This document shows positions 46,498 to 55,105 of a stretch of DNA of 64,000 nucleotides, in pieces. Origin of the DNA: Candidatus Woesebacteria bacterium UBA5073 (GTDB lineage Bacteria; Patescibacteriota; Microgenomatia; UBA8517); the NCBI GenBank assembly GCA_002415845.1, contig DIAR01000010.1, forward strand, positions 12,920-76,919. Direction: 5' to 3'. Positions within the stretch are counted from its first letter, which is position 1, and each line of letters starts with the position of its first letter. A model generated the notes under the pieces. It was not told the DNA's origin. It saw nothing but the letters and a program-made list of their open reading frames with translations, and did not search any database. The translations under genes were made by a program, and so were the position numbers.

Positions 46498-48424
46498 AGA
46501 CTTTTTTTATATTTTGGTTGTTGTCAAAAAGAGTTTCGCTGTTCGGATTTTTATCCCTTTCCTCACCACCCAAGTAAATATACCTTGCATTATACTTGGC
46601 AAGAACGGTTTTTGTGTAATTAAAATCATCGGCTTTTTGATACAGGGACTCAATATCTTCAAGCCTGGCAAAAACATTATCCTCACCCGTATTATAACCG
46701 TGTGAATACGGCCAGTTAATATAGGAAAGAACCCTCAGCCTTCCCCCGATTTCCGAAACGGCCGAATGAACGGTCGGGTAAGTTATAAAAACCGATTTCT
46801 GGGGCGTAGCCCTTCTTATAAAAAGACCGGCCGCAAGTTCATCAAGAGAATAGCCCATGTTTTTATTTAAGGTGCTGTTAGTCAGGGTTAAAAAGGAGGA
46901 AAAGGTGGTCACCAAAATAAGAAGGCCGAACAAAATTTCCAAAACCAATTTCTTTCTAAAAATAAGATCCAAAAACCAAAAAGAAACAATCGACATAAAA
47001 ACAACCATGAAATAAAAAAACTTAAACATGTCGCCTTTGTAAATCGTAAAGCGAACGAAATACGGTATAGCGAAAAAAACTAAAGACAACGAAACAAGAA
47101 GGAAGAATTCTTTTTTAATTGGTTTCTTTTGAAAAAATCGGACAATTACCCAAAATAAAGACAAAAGGGTCAGGAAAAAAGGCAAACCGAAATTAGAAGC
47201 AATAAACCTTAAGTGCCAAAAAATGTTTTTCTCTCTTTCCCAAGGACCAAAGGAAAAATTTTCTTTAACCAGACTAAAAAAGGATTGCTGATTAACGCTT
47301 CTGTTCGAAAATAAAAGATAGCAGGAAGCAAAAACAGCCAAAAAGATTAAGGCACTCTTAACAAAAAACTTAAATTTCTTTTTTTGAAAGAAAAAAAGGG
47401 TGGTAATCGTAAAGACAATCAAAGAAACAACAACCGCAAAAAATTGAAACTTAATTAAAAAACCGGCGATCAAACCAGCTAGAAAAATAATTCTAAGATC
47501 CTTCTTCTTATAAGCGAAAATTGATAAAAGTAAAATGATAATTACGGCCGGAAGGCCAATCATCATCGGTCGATTTTGCAAAAAGTAATCAGCCATGTTG
47601 GCCATCTGAAAAAGCTGATCATATTCCATCGAATATTCATGACTGGAAAGAAGCCCAACTATATTTTTTATTAGAGACAATTTGCCAAAGTTCTGCCAAA
47701 AATCGTAAATGAATTTAACAAAAAGATAACTACTGAAAAGAGTTCCAGAAAAGGCCGAGGCCAAAGCAATTATTTTCTTTTTGGTTAACTCATACACCAA
47801 GCCGTAAATTGAAAGAGTAAAAATCAGGGCAAAAAAGGGATTGTCATAAACTAAAATTCTTGGGAAAAAACGGCCATAAAGAGTGGAAATAATGGCCGAA
47901 TGAAAATCGGCAAAGTAGTAATAAGACAGGGAAACACCGCTGTAATAGGGCGCTTGGGGTGGAAAATTGCCCTGGGTAAGACTTTGAATAATTCCCTGAT
48001 GCATGGCCGTGTCCTGCCAATTAACCGAGGCCATAACAATGTAACCTTCATACTCAGTGAAGATGGCGGGATATAAAGCCAGAAAGAACAAGAGAAAGAT
48101 AAAAACGCCCATAAACAAAGCCTCTTTATGATTTTGAAAATATTTTTTAAAAACCCGTCCGATACTTTTGTAAGAACAAACCAGCCAGGGAATAAAAAAG
48201 GCGAAAGAAAGAAGAATTGAATAACGGGAAAAACCAACCAATAAACTAACCAAGTACACCAAATAAGAGGACAGAATCACGCTTAAAAGAAAGATCGATG
48301 GTAGTTTAATCCTTACCGGAAGCTTAGGAAAAAACGTTTCGATTACATAGAAACCCGGAATGAAAAAGGTAAAGATAAAACCCAAGATTAAAAGACTGTG
48401 GTCTATGATATTGCCGGCCATCAT
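46460..48424 (-). CDS. Polytopic membrane protein with C-terminal soluble domain; probable GT-C-fold glycosyltransferase-like (family undetermined)
   Basis: 654 aa. About 13 hydrophobic helices, then a roughly 140-aa hydrophilic C-terminal domain. Overlaps the downstream gene by 38 nt. Confidence 0.35.
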   Translation of the reverse strand: MMAGNIIDHSLLILGFIFTFFIPGFYVIETFFPKLPVRIKLPSIFLLSVILSSYLVYLVSLLVGFSRYSILLSFAFFIPWLVCSYKSIGRVFKKYFQNHKEALFMGVFIFLLFFLALYPAIFTEYEGYIVMASVNWQDTAMHQGIIQSLTQGNFPPQAPYYSGVSLSYYYFADFHSAIISTLYGRFFPRILVYDNPFFALIFTLSIYGLVYELTKKKIIALASAFSGTLFSSYLFVKFIYDFWQNFGKLSLIKNIVGLLSSHEYSMEYDQLFQMANMADYFLQNRPMMIGLPAVIIILLLSIFAYKKKDLRIIFLAGLIAGFLIKFQFFAVVVSLIVFTITTLFFFQKKKFKFFVKSALIFLAVFASCYLLFSNRSVNQQSFFSLVKENFSFGPWEREKNIFWHLRFIASNFGLPFFLTLLSLFWVIVRFFQKKPIKKEFFLLVSLSLVFFAIPYFVRFTIYKGDMFKFFYFMVVFMSIVSFWFLDLIFRKKLVLEILFGLLILVTTFSSFLTLTNSTLNKNMGYSLDELAAGLFIRRATPQKSVFITYPTVHSAVSEIGGRLRVLSYINWPYSHGYNTGEDNVFARLEDIESLYQKADDFNYTKTVLAKYNARYIYLGGEERDKNPNSETLFDNNQNIKKVYENNSVKIYEVK

Positions 48425-48442
48425 ATTATTATATAAAGAATC

Positions 48443-49603
48443 ATGTTAAAAAAATGGGGTTTTTGGTTTCTTTTGTTTTTGGGACTCCTTTTAATTATTT
48501 ATTGGGCTACTTCGCCCGGTAATACACCGTATAACTATTTTGTTAAGTTGAGTGAAGCTTTCCTGAAAGGCCAATACTGGTTAACCGATAACCCGCCCTG
48601 GCTTAACGAATTAATTAGCGGTCCAAACGGTAAATACTTTATTCCATATCCGCCCATGCCGGCGATACTTGCCCTTCCTTTTGTTTTTATTTTCGGTGGG
48701 GAATTCCCCCAGCAAATTCTTGGCCACCTGCTGGGTGTCGGCATTGTTCTTTTCACCGTTAAATCCGCCCTTCTTGTTAAGAAAAATTATAAAATTGCCG
48801 TTTATATTGGTCTTTTAACCGGTCTTGGAACAATTGTTTGGTATTTGGCCTCCAACGGTTCCGTCTGGTATCTGGGACAAATTTCGGCGGCTTTTTTCCT
48901 CACTGTGGCCATCAACGAAACCCTGGATAAAAAAAGGCCTTTTGTTGTAGGCCTTCTTATCGGAGCAGCCTACCTTTCCCGGGTTAATACTTTTGTCTGT
49001 CTACCTTTTTTCTTTTTCCTAATGATTAAAGACAAACGTTTTTTCAAGAAAAGTATTCTGCTTGCCCTGGGATTATTGCCTTTTTTGGGTTTTAATTTTC
49101 TCTATAATTTTCTGCGTTTCGATGTTATTTGGGATAAAGGTTATAGCCTAATCCCCGGTGTTTTATCAGAACCATGGTATCAAAAAGGTCTTGTTTCCCT
49201 TTCTTATATTCCCAGGCACTTAAAAATTCTTTTTCTTTCCTTACCAAAATTCATAAATAAATTTCCTTTTGTTTATCCTTCCTGGGGAGGCCTAGCAATT
49301 TGGATAACGACACCGGCTTTTATTTATGCTTTATGGGCTCCCTGGAAAGAAAAACTGACAAAACTTTCTTGGTTGGCTATCGCCTTAATCTCAATTATCA
49401 TTTTCTCCCACGGAACAACCGGCTTTACTCAATTCGGATATCGCTTTGCGGTTGATTTTTATCCTTTCCTTCTTCTCTTAACCATTAAAGGAATTGCTAA
49501 AACGGGCTTAAAATGGCATCACTGGGTTTTACTCACCTTAAGTATATTGGTTAATTTCTGGGGTGTTCTTTTTATTAATAAATTAGGGTTTGTCAGTTTC
49601 TAG
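48443..49603 (+). CDS. Polytopic membrane protein, possible GT-C/DUF2029-like glycosyltransferase (hypothetical)
   Basis: 386 aa with roughly 9-11 predicted TM helices. No soluble domain. Confidence 0.3.
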   Translation: MLKKWGFWFLLFLGLLLIIYWATSPGNTPYNYFVKLSEAFLKGQYWLTDNPPWLNELISGPNGKYFIPYPPMPAILALPFVFIFGGEFPQQILGHLLGVGIVLFTVKSALLVKKNYKIAVYIGLLTGLGTIVWYLASNGSVWYLGQISAAFFLTVAINETLDKKRPFVVGLLIGAAYLSRVNTFVCLPFFFFLMIKDKRFFKKSILLALGLLPFLGFNFLYNFLRFDVIWDKGYSLIPGVLSEPWYQKGLVSLSYIPRHLKILFLSLPKFINKFPFVYPSWGGLAIWITTPAFIYALWAPWKEKLTKLSWLAIALISIIIFSHGTTGFTQFGYRFAVDFYPFLLLLTIKGIAKTGLKWHHWVLLTLSILVNFWGVLFINKLGFVSF

Positions 49604-50666
49604 TCAGAAGATCGCTTACCCAAGCGTTCACTTTCGTCCAATCTCCGTCTTTGGGAATAAAAACATATTGATTGTCATATTCTGTGGTTGGTTTGGGATT
49701 AACTAAAAAGTCCTCGGATAAAACAACCGATCGGATATGACTACTCGCCTCTAAAAACTTTCGTCCCAAGATAGCCACCGCCGATGAATCAATATCCGTC
49801 TCGACCGAATTTACAAAAACTTTCCAAATACCAAACATTTTTTTAGGCGAAAGAAAAACAGACGGGTTTAACATTTTTGTTTTAATGGCCGAAAGCATTT
49901 TTTGCTGACGGGCTTCCCTGGCTAAATCCGTTCCCTCAACACCTGAAGAGTTCCTCGACCGGACATACTTTAAAGCCGTTGTTCCATCCATATGCATTTT
50001 TCCTTTTTCAAAAGTTATTGTTTCATAACGGCACTTATATTCCTTATCCCCGTCACATAAATCGTTTTCTTTACCATAAATGGGATATTTTTCATCGGTA
50101 AAAGAATTTTCAACCATGACGTCAATTCCTCCGATCACATCGATTGCTTTGGTAAAACCGGAAAAATCAATTACCAGCCCGTAATGAATCGGTTGTCCCA
50201 CAATTTCCCCAACCAGTGATTTAGCTAAATCCATTCCGCCCCATTCTTCTTTTTGTTTTCCCCAAAAATAGGCACTGTTTAACTTGGCCCTAATTTCCGG
50301 TACCCAGATATCTCTTGGTAAAGAAACCATTACGAGGGATGGTTTCTCAATGGAAAGCGAGGCGAAAATAATCGTGTCGGTTAAGTCGGGGGCCGTAAAA
50401 CCAGTTCCGCTTCGTCCCAGAATTAAAATATTGGTTCTCCCGGCAAAAGTTTTAATTTTTGTTTCCGGCGTAAACAAGAAATCGGTGATCAGGTGGCGAT
50501 TATTATATTTACCAAAAAAGAAACCGGCAAAAAGAAGAACGGAAACAAGGGAAACAAAAATGAGAAGAATTAGATTGAGCATCGCCTGTTTTTTTCTTCC
50601 CCCAATAGCCCCAACATCACCCTGCCTTTGATCTTTAGAATTGCTATACTGCATCGATATGACCAT
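49593..50666 (-). CDS. LytR-CpsA-Psr (LCP) family phosphotransferase (cell-wall glycopolymer ligase)
   Basis: 357 aa. N-terminal TM helix, then the LCP core: NILILGRSG...DTIIFASL...SLPRDIWV...KLNSAYFWG...IHYGLVIDFSGF..IDVIGGIDV. The true start may be an internal Met, since the annotated 5' end overlaps the divergent pcrA start. Confidence 0.8.
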   Translation of the reverse strand: MVISMQYSNSKDQRQGDVGAIGGRKKQAMLNLILLIFVSLVSVLLFAGFFFGKYNNRHLITDFLFTPETKIKTFAGRTNILILGRSGTGFTAPDLTDTIIFASLSIEKPSLVMVSLPRDIWVPEIRAKLNSAYFWGKQKEEWGGMDLAKSLVGEIVGQPIHYGLVIDFSGFTKAIDVIGGIDVMVENSFTDEKYPIYGKENDLCDGDKEYKCRYETITFEKGKMHMDGTTALKYVRSRNSSGVEGTDLAREARQQKMLSAIKTKMLNPSVFLSPKKMFGIWKVFVNSVETDIDSSAVAILGRKFLEASSHIRSVVLSEDFLVNPKPTTEYDNQYVFIPKDGDWTKVNAWVSDLLTRN

Positions 50667-52560
50667 TTTATCGCATCAGGAGAGGATTACAAAGCTCCTT
50701 TTAGGCCTCAATAAAGAACAGGAAGAAGCCGTTACAACCAAAGAAAGATTGCTTTTAATTCTGGCAGGGGCCGGCAGCGGCAAAACCAAGGTTCTCACCC
50801 ACCGAATGGCTTATTTTTTAGCCAACGGTTTAAGCCCTGAAAACGTTCTTCTTTTAACTTTCACCAATAAAGCGGCTGAGGAAATGAAAAAAAGAGTGGT
50901 TAACCTGGTTGAAATTGCTCCTTTTTTTGCCGGAACATTTCACTCTTTTTGTGCCAGAATCTTAAGGCTTGATGGTCGAGACATTGGTATTCCCCCCGGC
51001 TTTTTAATTTATGACGAGCAGGATCAAAAAGATGCCGTTAAGGAAATCCTGAAAAATCTAAATTATTCATCCGATTCCTTTAACCCGAAATCAATTCTAA
51101 ATTCAATCTCGGAAATCAAAAATCAAATGCTTTCCCCCACACAGTACGCTGAATTTGCCCAGGGCGACTGGCAGGAAACGGTTCTTAAGGTTTACATTGA
51201 ATACGAAAAGTTCTTAAAAGAAGTCGGGGCCTTGGACTTTGACGACTTGCTCATTAAAACGGTCAAACTTTTTAAAGAAAGTCCCCAAACCTTAAATAAA
51301 TGGCAAAAGCGATTAACCAATATTTTTGTTGATGAATGGCAGGACACCAATAAAATCCAATACACCTTGATTAAACTCTTAATGACCCCAAACACTGACT
51401 TAAGTGTTGTGGGAGACGCTTCCCAATCAATTTATTCCTGGCGCGGAGCCGATTTTAGGAATATCACCAATTTAGTTAAAGACTTTCCAAAAATAAAAAT
51501 CATTAACCTGGAACAAAATTACCGTTCCACCCAAAACATCCTCGATGCCGCCAACGCCGTTATTTCCAAAAATACCGGGCACCCCATCCTTAAACTCTGG
51601 ACCGAAAACGACAAGGGTGAAAAGATAAATATCTACACAGCCAAAAACGGACTGGACGAAGCTGACTTTTTAGTCAATCGAATCGACGAGTTGGTAAAAA
51701 ACAAAATGGCCCTCTCCGATATGGCTGTGTTATTTCGCACCAATGCTCAATCCAGAGTTATTGAAGAAGCCTTTCTGCATAGCGGTATCCCTTATGTTTT
51801 AATCGGGGGTACCCGCTTTTATGACCGTAAGGAAATCAAAGATGTTTTAGCTTACCTTAAACTCTTGGTTAGACCAAAAGACAAAGTTTCCGAAAAAAGA
51901 TTAATCAAACTTGGAAAAAGAAGATTTGATAAATTTCTACTGTTTAAAGACGGGGTGAAAGATCCCGAGAATATGAAGACCTTGGATTTATTGGATTTGA
52001 TTTTGGAAAAAACGGATTATCTCTCGCTTTTTGAAAGAGAGTCGGAAGAAAATTTAGCCCGGTTGGAAAACATCAAGGAACTCCGTTCCGTCGCTACCGA
52101 GTTTTCAGATATCACCGAATTTTTGGAAAACGTAGCTTTAGTTGAAGCCGAACAAAACGCCAAAGGCAGACTTAAAAGAAATCTGGATGCCAATGCCGTT
52201 ACCTTAATGACCCTCCATGCCGCTAAAGGTCTTGAGTTTCCGGTCGTTTTTATTATTGGCTTAGAGGAGGGCTTATTTCCTCACGCCAAAGCTTTAATGG
52301 ACACGGGGCAATTGGAAGAAGAAAGAAGGTTGGCCTATGTCGGTATTACCCGAGCCAAGGATTTGTTGTATCTGTCATACGCCTCTCGAAGGCTTTATTT
52401 TGGCGAAAATGTTTCCAACCCGCCTTCCCGTTTTATAATGGATATACCGGAAAAACTAATAAAAGAAGTCGGAAGCTTTAAGGAGAAAAAAGGAAAAGTT
52501 TCTTCTGAGGATTCCGATTTCTATAGTTTTGACGATATAATCGATAAGTACATCAAATAA
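50641..52560 (+). CDS. pcrA: UvrD/PcrA-family superfamily-1 DNA helicase
   Basis: 639 aa. LNKEQEEAV, Walker A AGAGSGKTKVL, motifs II-VI (DEWQDTN, VGDASQSIYSWRGA, YRST, LMTLHAAKGLEFP, VGITRAK). An alternative start is MTILSHQ at 50659. Confidence 0.9.
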   Translation: MLYCIDMTILSHQERITKLLLGLNKEQEEAVTTKERLLLILAGAGSGKTKVLTHRMAYFLANGLSPENVLLLTFTNKAAEEMKKRVVNLVEIAPFFAGTFHSFCARILRLDGRDIGIPPGFLIYDEQDQKDAVKEILKNLNYSSDSFNPKSILNSISEIKNQMLSPTQYAEFAQGDWQETVLKVYIEYEKFLKEVGALDFDDLLIKTVKLFKESPQTLNKWQKRLTNIFVDEWQDTNKIQYTLIKLLMTPNTDLSVVGDASQSIYSWRGADFRNITNLVKDFPKIKIINLEQNYRSTQNILDAANAVISKNTGHPILKLWTENDKGEKINIYTAKNGLDEADFLVNRIDELVKNKMALSDMAVLFRTNAQSRVIEEAFLHSGIPYVLIGGTRFYDRKEIKDVLAYLKLLVRPKDKVSEKRLIKLGKRRFDKFLLFKDGVKDPENMKTLDLLDLILEKTDYLSLFERESEENLARLENIKELRSVATEFSDITEFLENVALVEAEQNAKGRLKRNLDANAVTLMTLHAAKGLEFPVVFIIGLEEGLFPHAKALMDTGQLEEERRLAYVGITRAKDLLYLSYASRRLYFGENVSNPPSRFIMDIPEKLIKEVGSFKEKKGKVSSEDSDFYSFDDIIDKYIK

Positions 52561-52562
52561 TT

Positions 52563-53525
52563 ATGGAGGAAACAAATAAAGAGGCATTTAACCAAGTAGC
52601 TACCCATCCACTACAGTCCTGGGCTTGGGGCGAATTTCGAAAAGCCTGGGGTAATCAGGTTGTTCGATTCCCCTTCGGTCAAATAACTGTTCACAAACTT
52701 CCTTTCTTACCCTTTTCGATTGCCATGTTTATTAAGGGTCCGAAACCAAACAAAGAAATGTTTTCAGTTTTAAAAGAATATGCCGCCAAAAACAAAATTA
52801 TCTTTATTCGAATGGAACCGAATATTGAAAAGGACGAAAAAATAATCTCTTTCCTAAAACAAAATCGTTGTCAGCCGGGACGAAGGCTTTTTACACCAAC
52901 CACTTTCTTAATTGATTTGGCCAAATCCGAGGAAGAACTTCTGAAAAGTTTCTCTTCCAAAACCCGCTATAACATCAGACTAGCCCAAAAACACGGCGTT
53001 ACTGTTTCCGAAGATAATTCCGAGAAAGCTTTTAAGGCTTATTTAAGATTAACCGAAGAAACAACAACCAGACAAGGTTTTTATGCCCATTCACAAAAAT
53101 ATCATCAGTTAATGTGGAATACTTTGCGGAAGGAAAACATTGCCCACCTTCTCACTGCTTCTTATAAAGGAGAATTTATTACCACCTGGATTCTTTTTGT
53201 CTGGAAAGATCATCTTTATTACCCTTATGGCGCCTCAACCGAAAAGTTTAAAAACGTTATGGCTAATAATTTAATGATGTGGGAAGCCATAAAACTTGGG
53301 AGGAAATTAAACCTTACCACTTTTGATTTGTGGGGCCGGGAAGAGGGCAAGGGCTTCACTAAATTTAAAGAAGGTTACAACCCCAAAGTGTTTGCATTTA
53401 TCGGCACTTGGGATTTAATCACTAGCCCACTTTATTACCCCTACACCATCCTGGAAAAGTTAAGGTGGGTTGTCTTAAAAGCTTTAGCCAAATTAGGTTT
53501 TGCCAAAGCCAAATTTAATGCCTGA
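52563..53525 (+). CDS. FemABX-family aminoacyl-tRNA-dependent peptidyltransferase (peptidoglycan cross-bridge formation)
   Basis: 320 aa. SKTRYNIRLAQKHGV motif, then the WGREEGKGFTKFKEGYNPKV C-terminal motif, similar to the GLYRFKKGFGG motif of Fem proteins. Confidence 0.6.
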   Translation: MEETNKEAFNQVATHPLQSWAWGEFRKAWGNQVVRFPFGQITVHKLPFLPFSIAMFIKGPKPNKEMFSVLKEYAAKNKIIFIRMEPNIEKDEKIISFLKQNRCQPGRRLFTPTTFLIDLAKSEEELLKSFSSKTRYNIRLAQKHGVTVSEDNSEKAFKAYLRLTEETTTRQGFYAHSQKYHQLMWNTLRKENIAHLLTASYKGEFITTWILFVWKDHLYYPYGASTEKFKNVMANNLMMWEAIKLGRKLNLTTFDLWGREEGKGFTKFKEGYNPKVFAFIGTWDLITSPLYYPYTILEKLRWVVLKALAKLGFAKAKFNA

Positions 53526-54315
53526 TATTCGTCAAACCCCGGCCTATGCCCAATATTTAACAAAGATTGGTTGGACAGTTGAAACCAACAAAGATGTTAA
53601 TTACTTCATAAAAAAACTGCCTTTGTTGGGAAGCGTCCTTAAAATTCAAAGACCGGAAAAACTGGATTTTAAATTTATTAAAAGTCTGGGAAAAAAATAT
53701 CACGTTTTTCAAACTATTATCGAACCCCATAAAAAGTTATTTTCGCAACATGGTTTTAAACAAATAAAATCTACTTATTTACCCTCAAAGACTTTAATCC
53801 TTGATTTAACCAAATCGGAAAAGGAAATCTTTAACAATTTCCAAAAAGACGCCAAATCGGCCATTAATAAAAACAAAAAAACAAAAGTTACAGAAATTAA
53901 AAACCTTAAAGCTTTTAGAATTTCTTGGAAGAAGACCGTTACAAATAAAAGATATGTTCCACCTCTTACCCACCTTCAAGCCTTAAAAGAATCTTTTAAG
54001 AAAAAATCATTATTTTTATTGGATTCCGATAATTCTGCCGGGGCCATCTTTTTAATTGGTGATAAAACCGGTTATTACTGGCAAGCCTTCACTAACAAAG
54101 ACGGTAGAAAAAAACAAAAACAATATAAAATCGTTTGGGAAGGAATTGCTTGGGCCAAGAAAAACAAATGCAAAAGGTTTGATTTCGAAGGTATATATGA
54201 CGAAAGGTTTCCTAATAAATCCTGGAAGGGTTTTTCCCACTTCAAAAAAAGTTTTAGTGGAGAAGAAATAAGTTATCCCGGCTGTTTTGTGAAATATAAT
54301 CTATTTAAATTATGA
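53518..54315 (+). CDS. Second FemABX-like peptidyltransferase paralog
   Basis: About 265 aa from MPDIRQ. FQKDAKSAINKNKK corresponds to the K-x-RYNIR region. The C-terminal motif is KGFSHFKKSFSGEEI. Overlaps the upstream Fem gene by 8 nt (ATGCCTGA). Confidence 0.5.
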   Translation: MPDIRQTPAYAQYLTKIGWTVETNKDVNYFIKKLPLLGSVLKIQRPEKLDFKFIKSLGKKYHVFQTIIEPHKKLFSQHGFKQIKSTYLPSKTLILDLTKSEKEIFNNFQKDAKSAINKNKKTKVTEIKNLKAFRISWKKTVTNKRYVPPLTHLQALKESFKKKSLFLLDSDNSAGAIFLIGDKTGYYWQAFTNKDGRKKQKQYKIVWEGIAWAKKNKCKRFDFEGIYDERFPNKSWKGFSHFKKSFSGEEISYPGCFVKYNLFKL

Positions 54316-54635
54316 AGGCCATATCATTAAAACAACCCTGGGCCAATTTGGTTGCTTCTGGTAAAAAAACTATCGAAACCAGAAAATGGTCAACCAATTA
54401 CCGGGGCGATTTGATCATTTGTTCTTCCAAAAAACCTGATATTTATCCCGCCGGTTATGCTCTTTGTATCGTTGAGCTTTATGACGTCAAACCCATGACC
54501 GTTAAAGATGAGAAAAAGGCCTGTATCAAAGTTTACCCTAAAGCCCACAGCTGGTTTTTAAGAAACATCAGATCAATTAAGCCAATCGCACTAGTTAAGG
54601 GTCATCTGGGAATTTATGACTTGAGGTTAAAGTAG
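54312..54635 (+). CDS. ASCH-domain protein
   Basis: 107 aa. MKAISLKQPWANLVASGKKTIETR is typical of the ASCH/PUA-like beta-barrel N-terminus. Confidence 0.55.
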   Translation: MKAISLKQPWANLVASGKKTIETRKWSTNYRGDLIICSSKKPDIYPAGYALCIVELYDVKPMTVKDEKKACIKVYPKAHSWFLRNIRSIKPIALVKGHLGIYDLRLK

Positions 54636-55105
54636 GATAAGATTTTCTCTTTGTTCTCTTCGATTAATTGTTTTTGTTCCGGCCAAAAGAAGGAGGGTAT
54701 ATCATCTAAATCAAACCACTCTAAAATTAAATCTTCTTCACCATCTTGCAGCTTTTGATTTCCTTCCATCTGTTCCGTTGAAAAAAGAAAATAATCTATA
54801 ACTGCCCAAAAACTCTTGTCAAAAGTTAATCGTCCCTTCTGACCTAAATAGGTCAAATATTTTAGTTTGTTTAACCCTGTTTCTTCCTCTATCTCTCTTT
54901 CTGCCGCCTGTTTAACCGACTCGGCATTTTCAATACCACCTTTGGGAATCATGTAATCATGAAATTTTGTATCCCTTATTAAGGCAATTTTAATTTGCTT
55001 ATTTTCCCTTCTTGCCACAATACCCCCCGCAGCCTTTCTCGTTTCAATTCCATCAGGTTTTACAAACCAACTATTATCAATTTTTGTATCAGCCTTCATA
55101 TCCAC
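54614..55105 (-). CDS. NUDIX hydrolase
   Basis: 163 aa. Nudix box GGIENAESVKQAAEREIEEETGL (Gx5Ex7REUxEExGU). Confidence 0.85.
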   Translation of the reverse strand: MDMKADTKIDNSWFVKPDGIETRKAAGGIVARRENKQIKIALIRDTKFHDYMIPKGGIENAESVKQAAEREIEEETGLNKLKYLTYLGQKGRLTFDKSFWAVIDYFLFSTEQMEGNQKLQDGEEDLILEWFDLDDIPSFFWPEQKQLIEENKEKILSYFNLKS

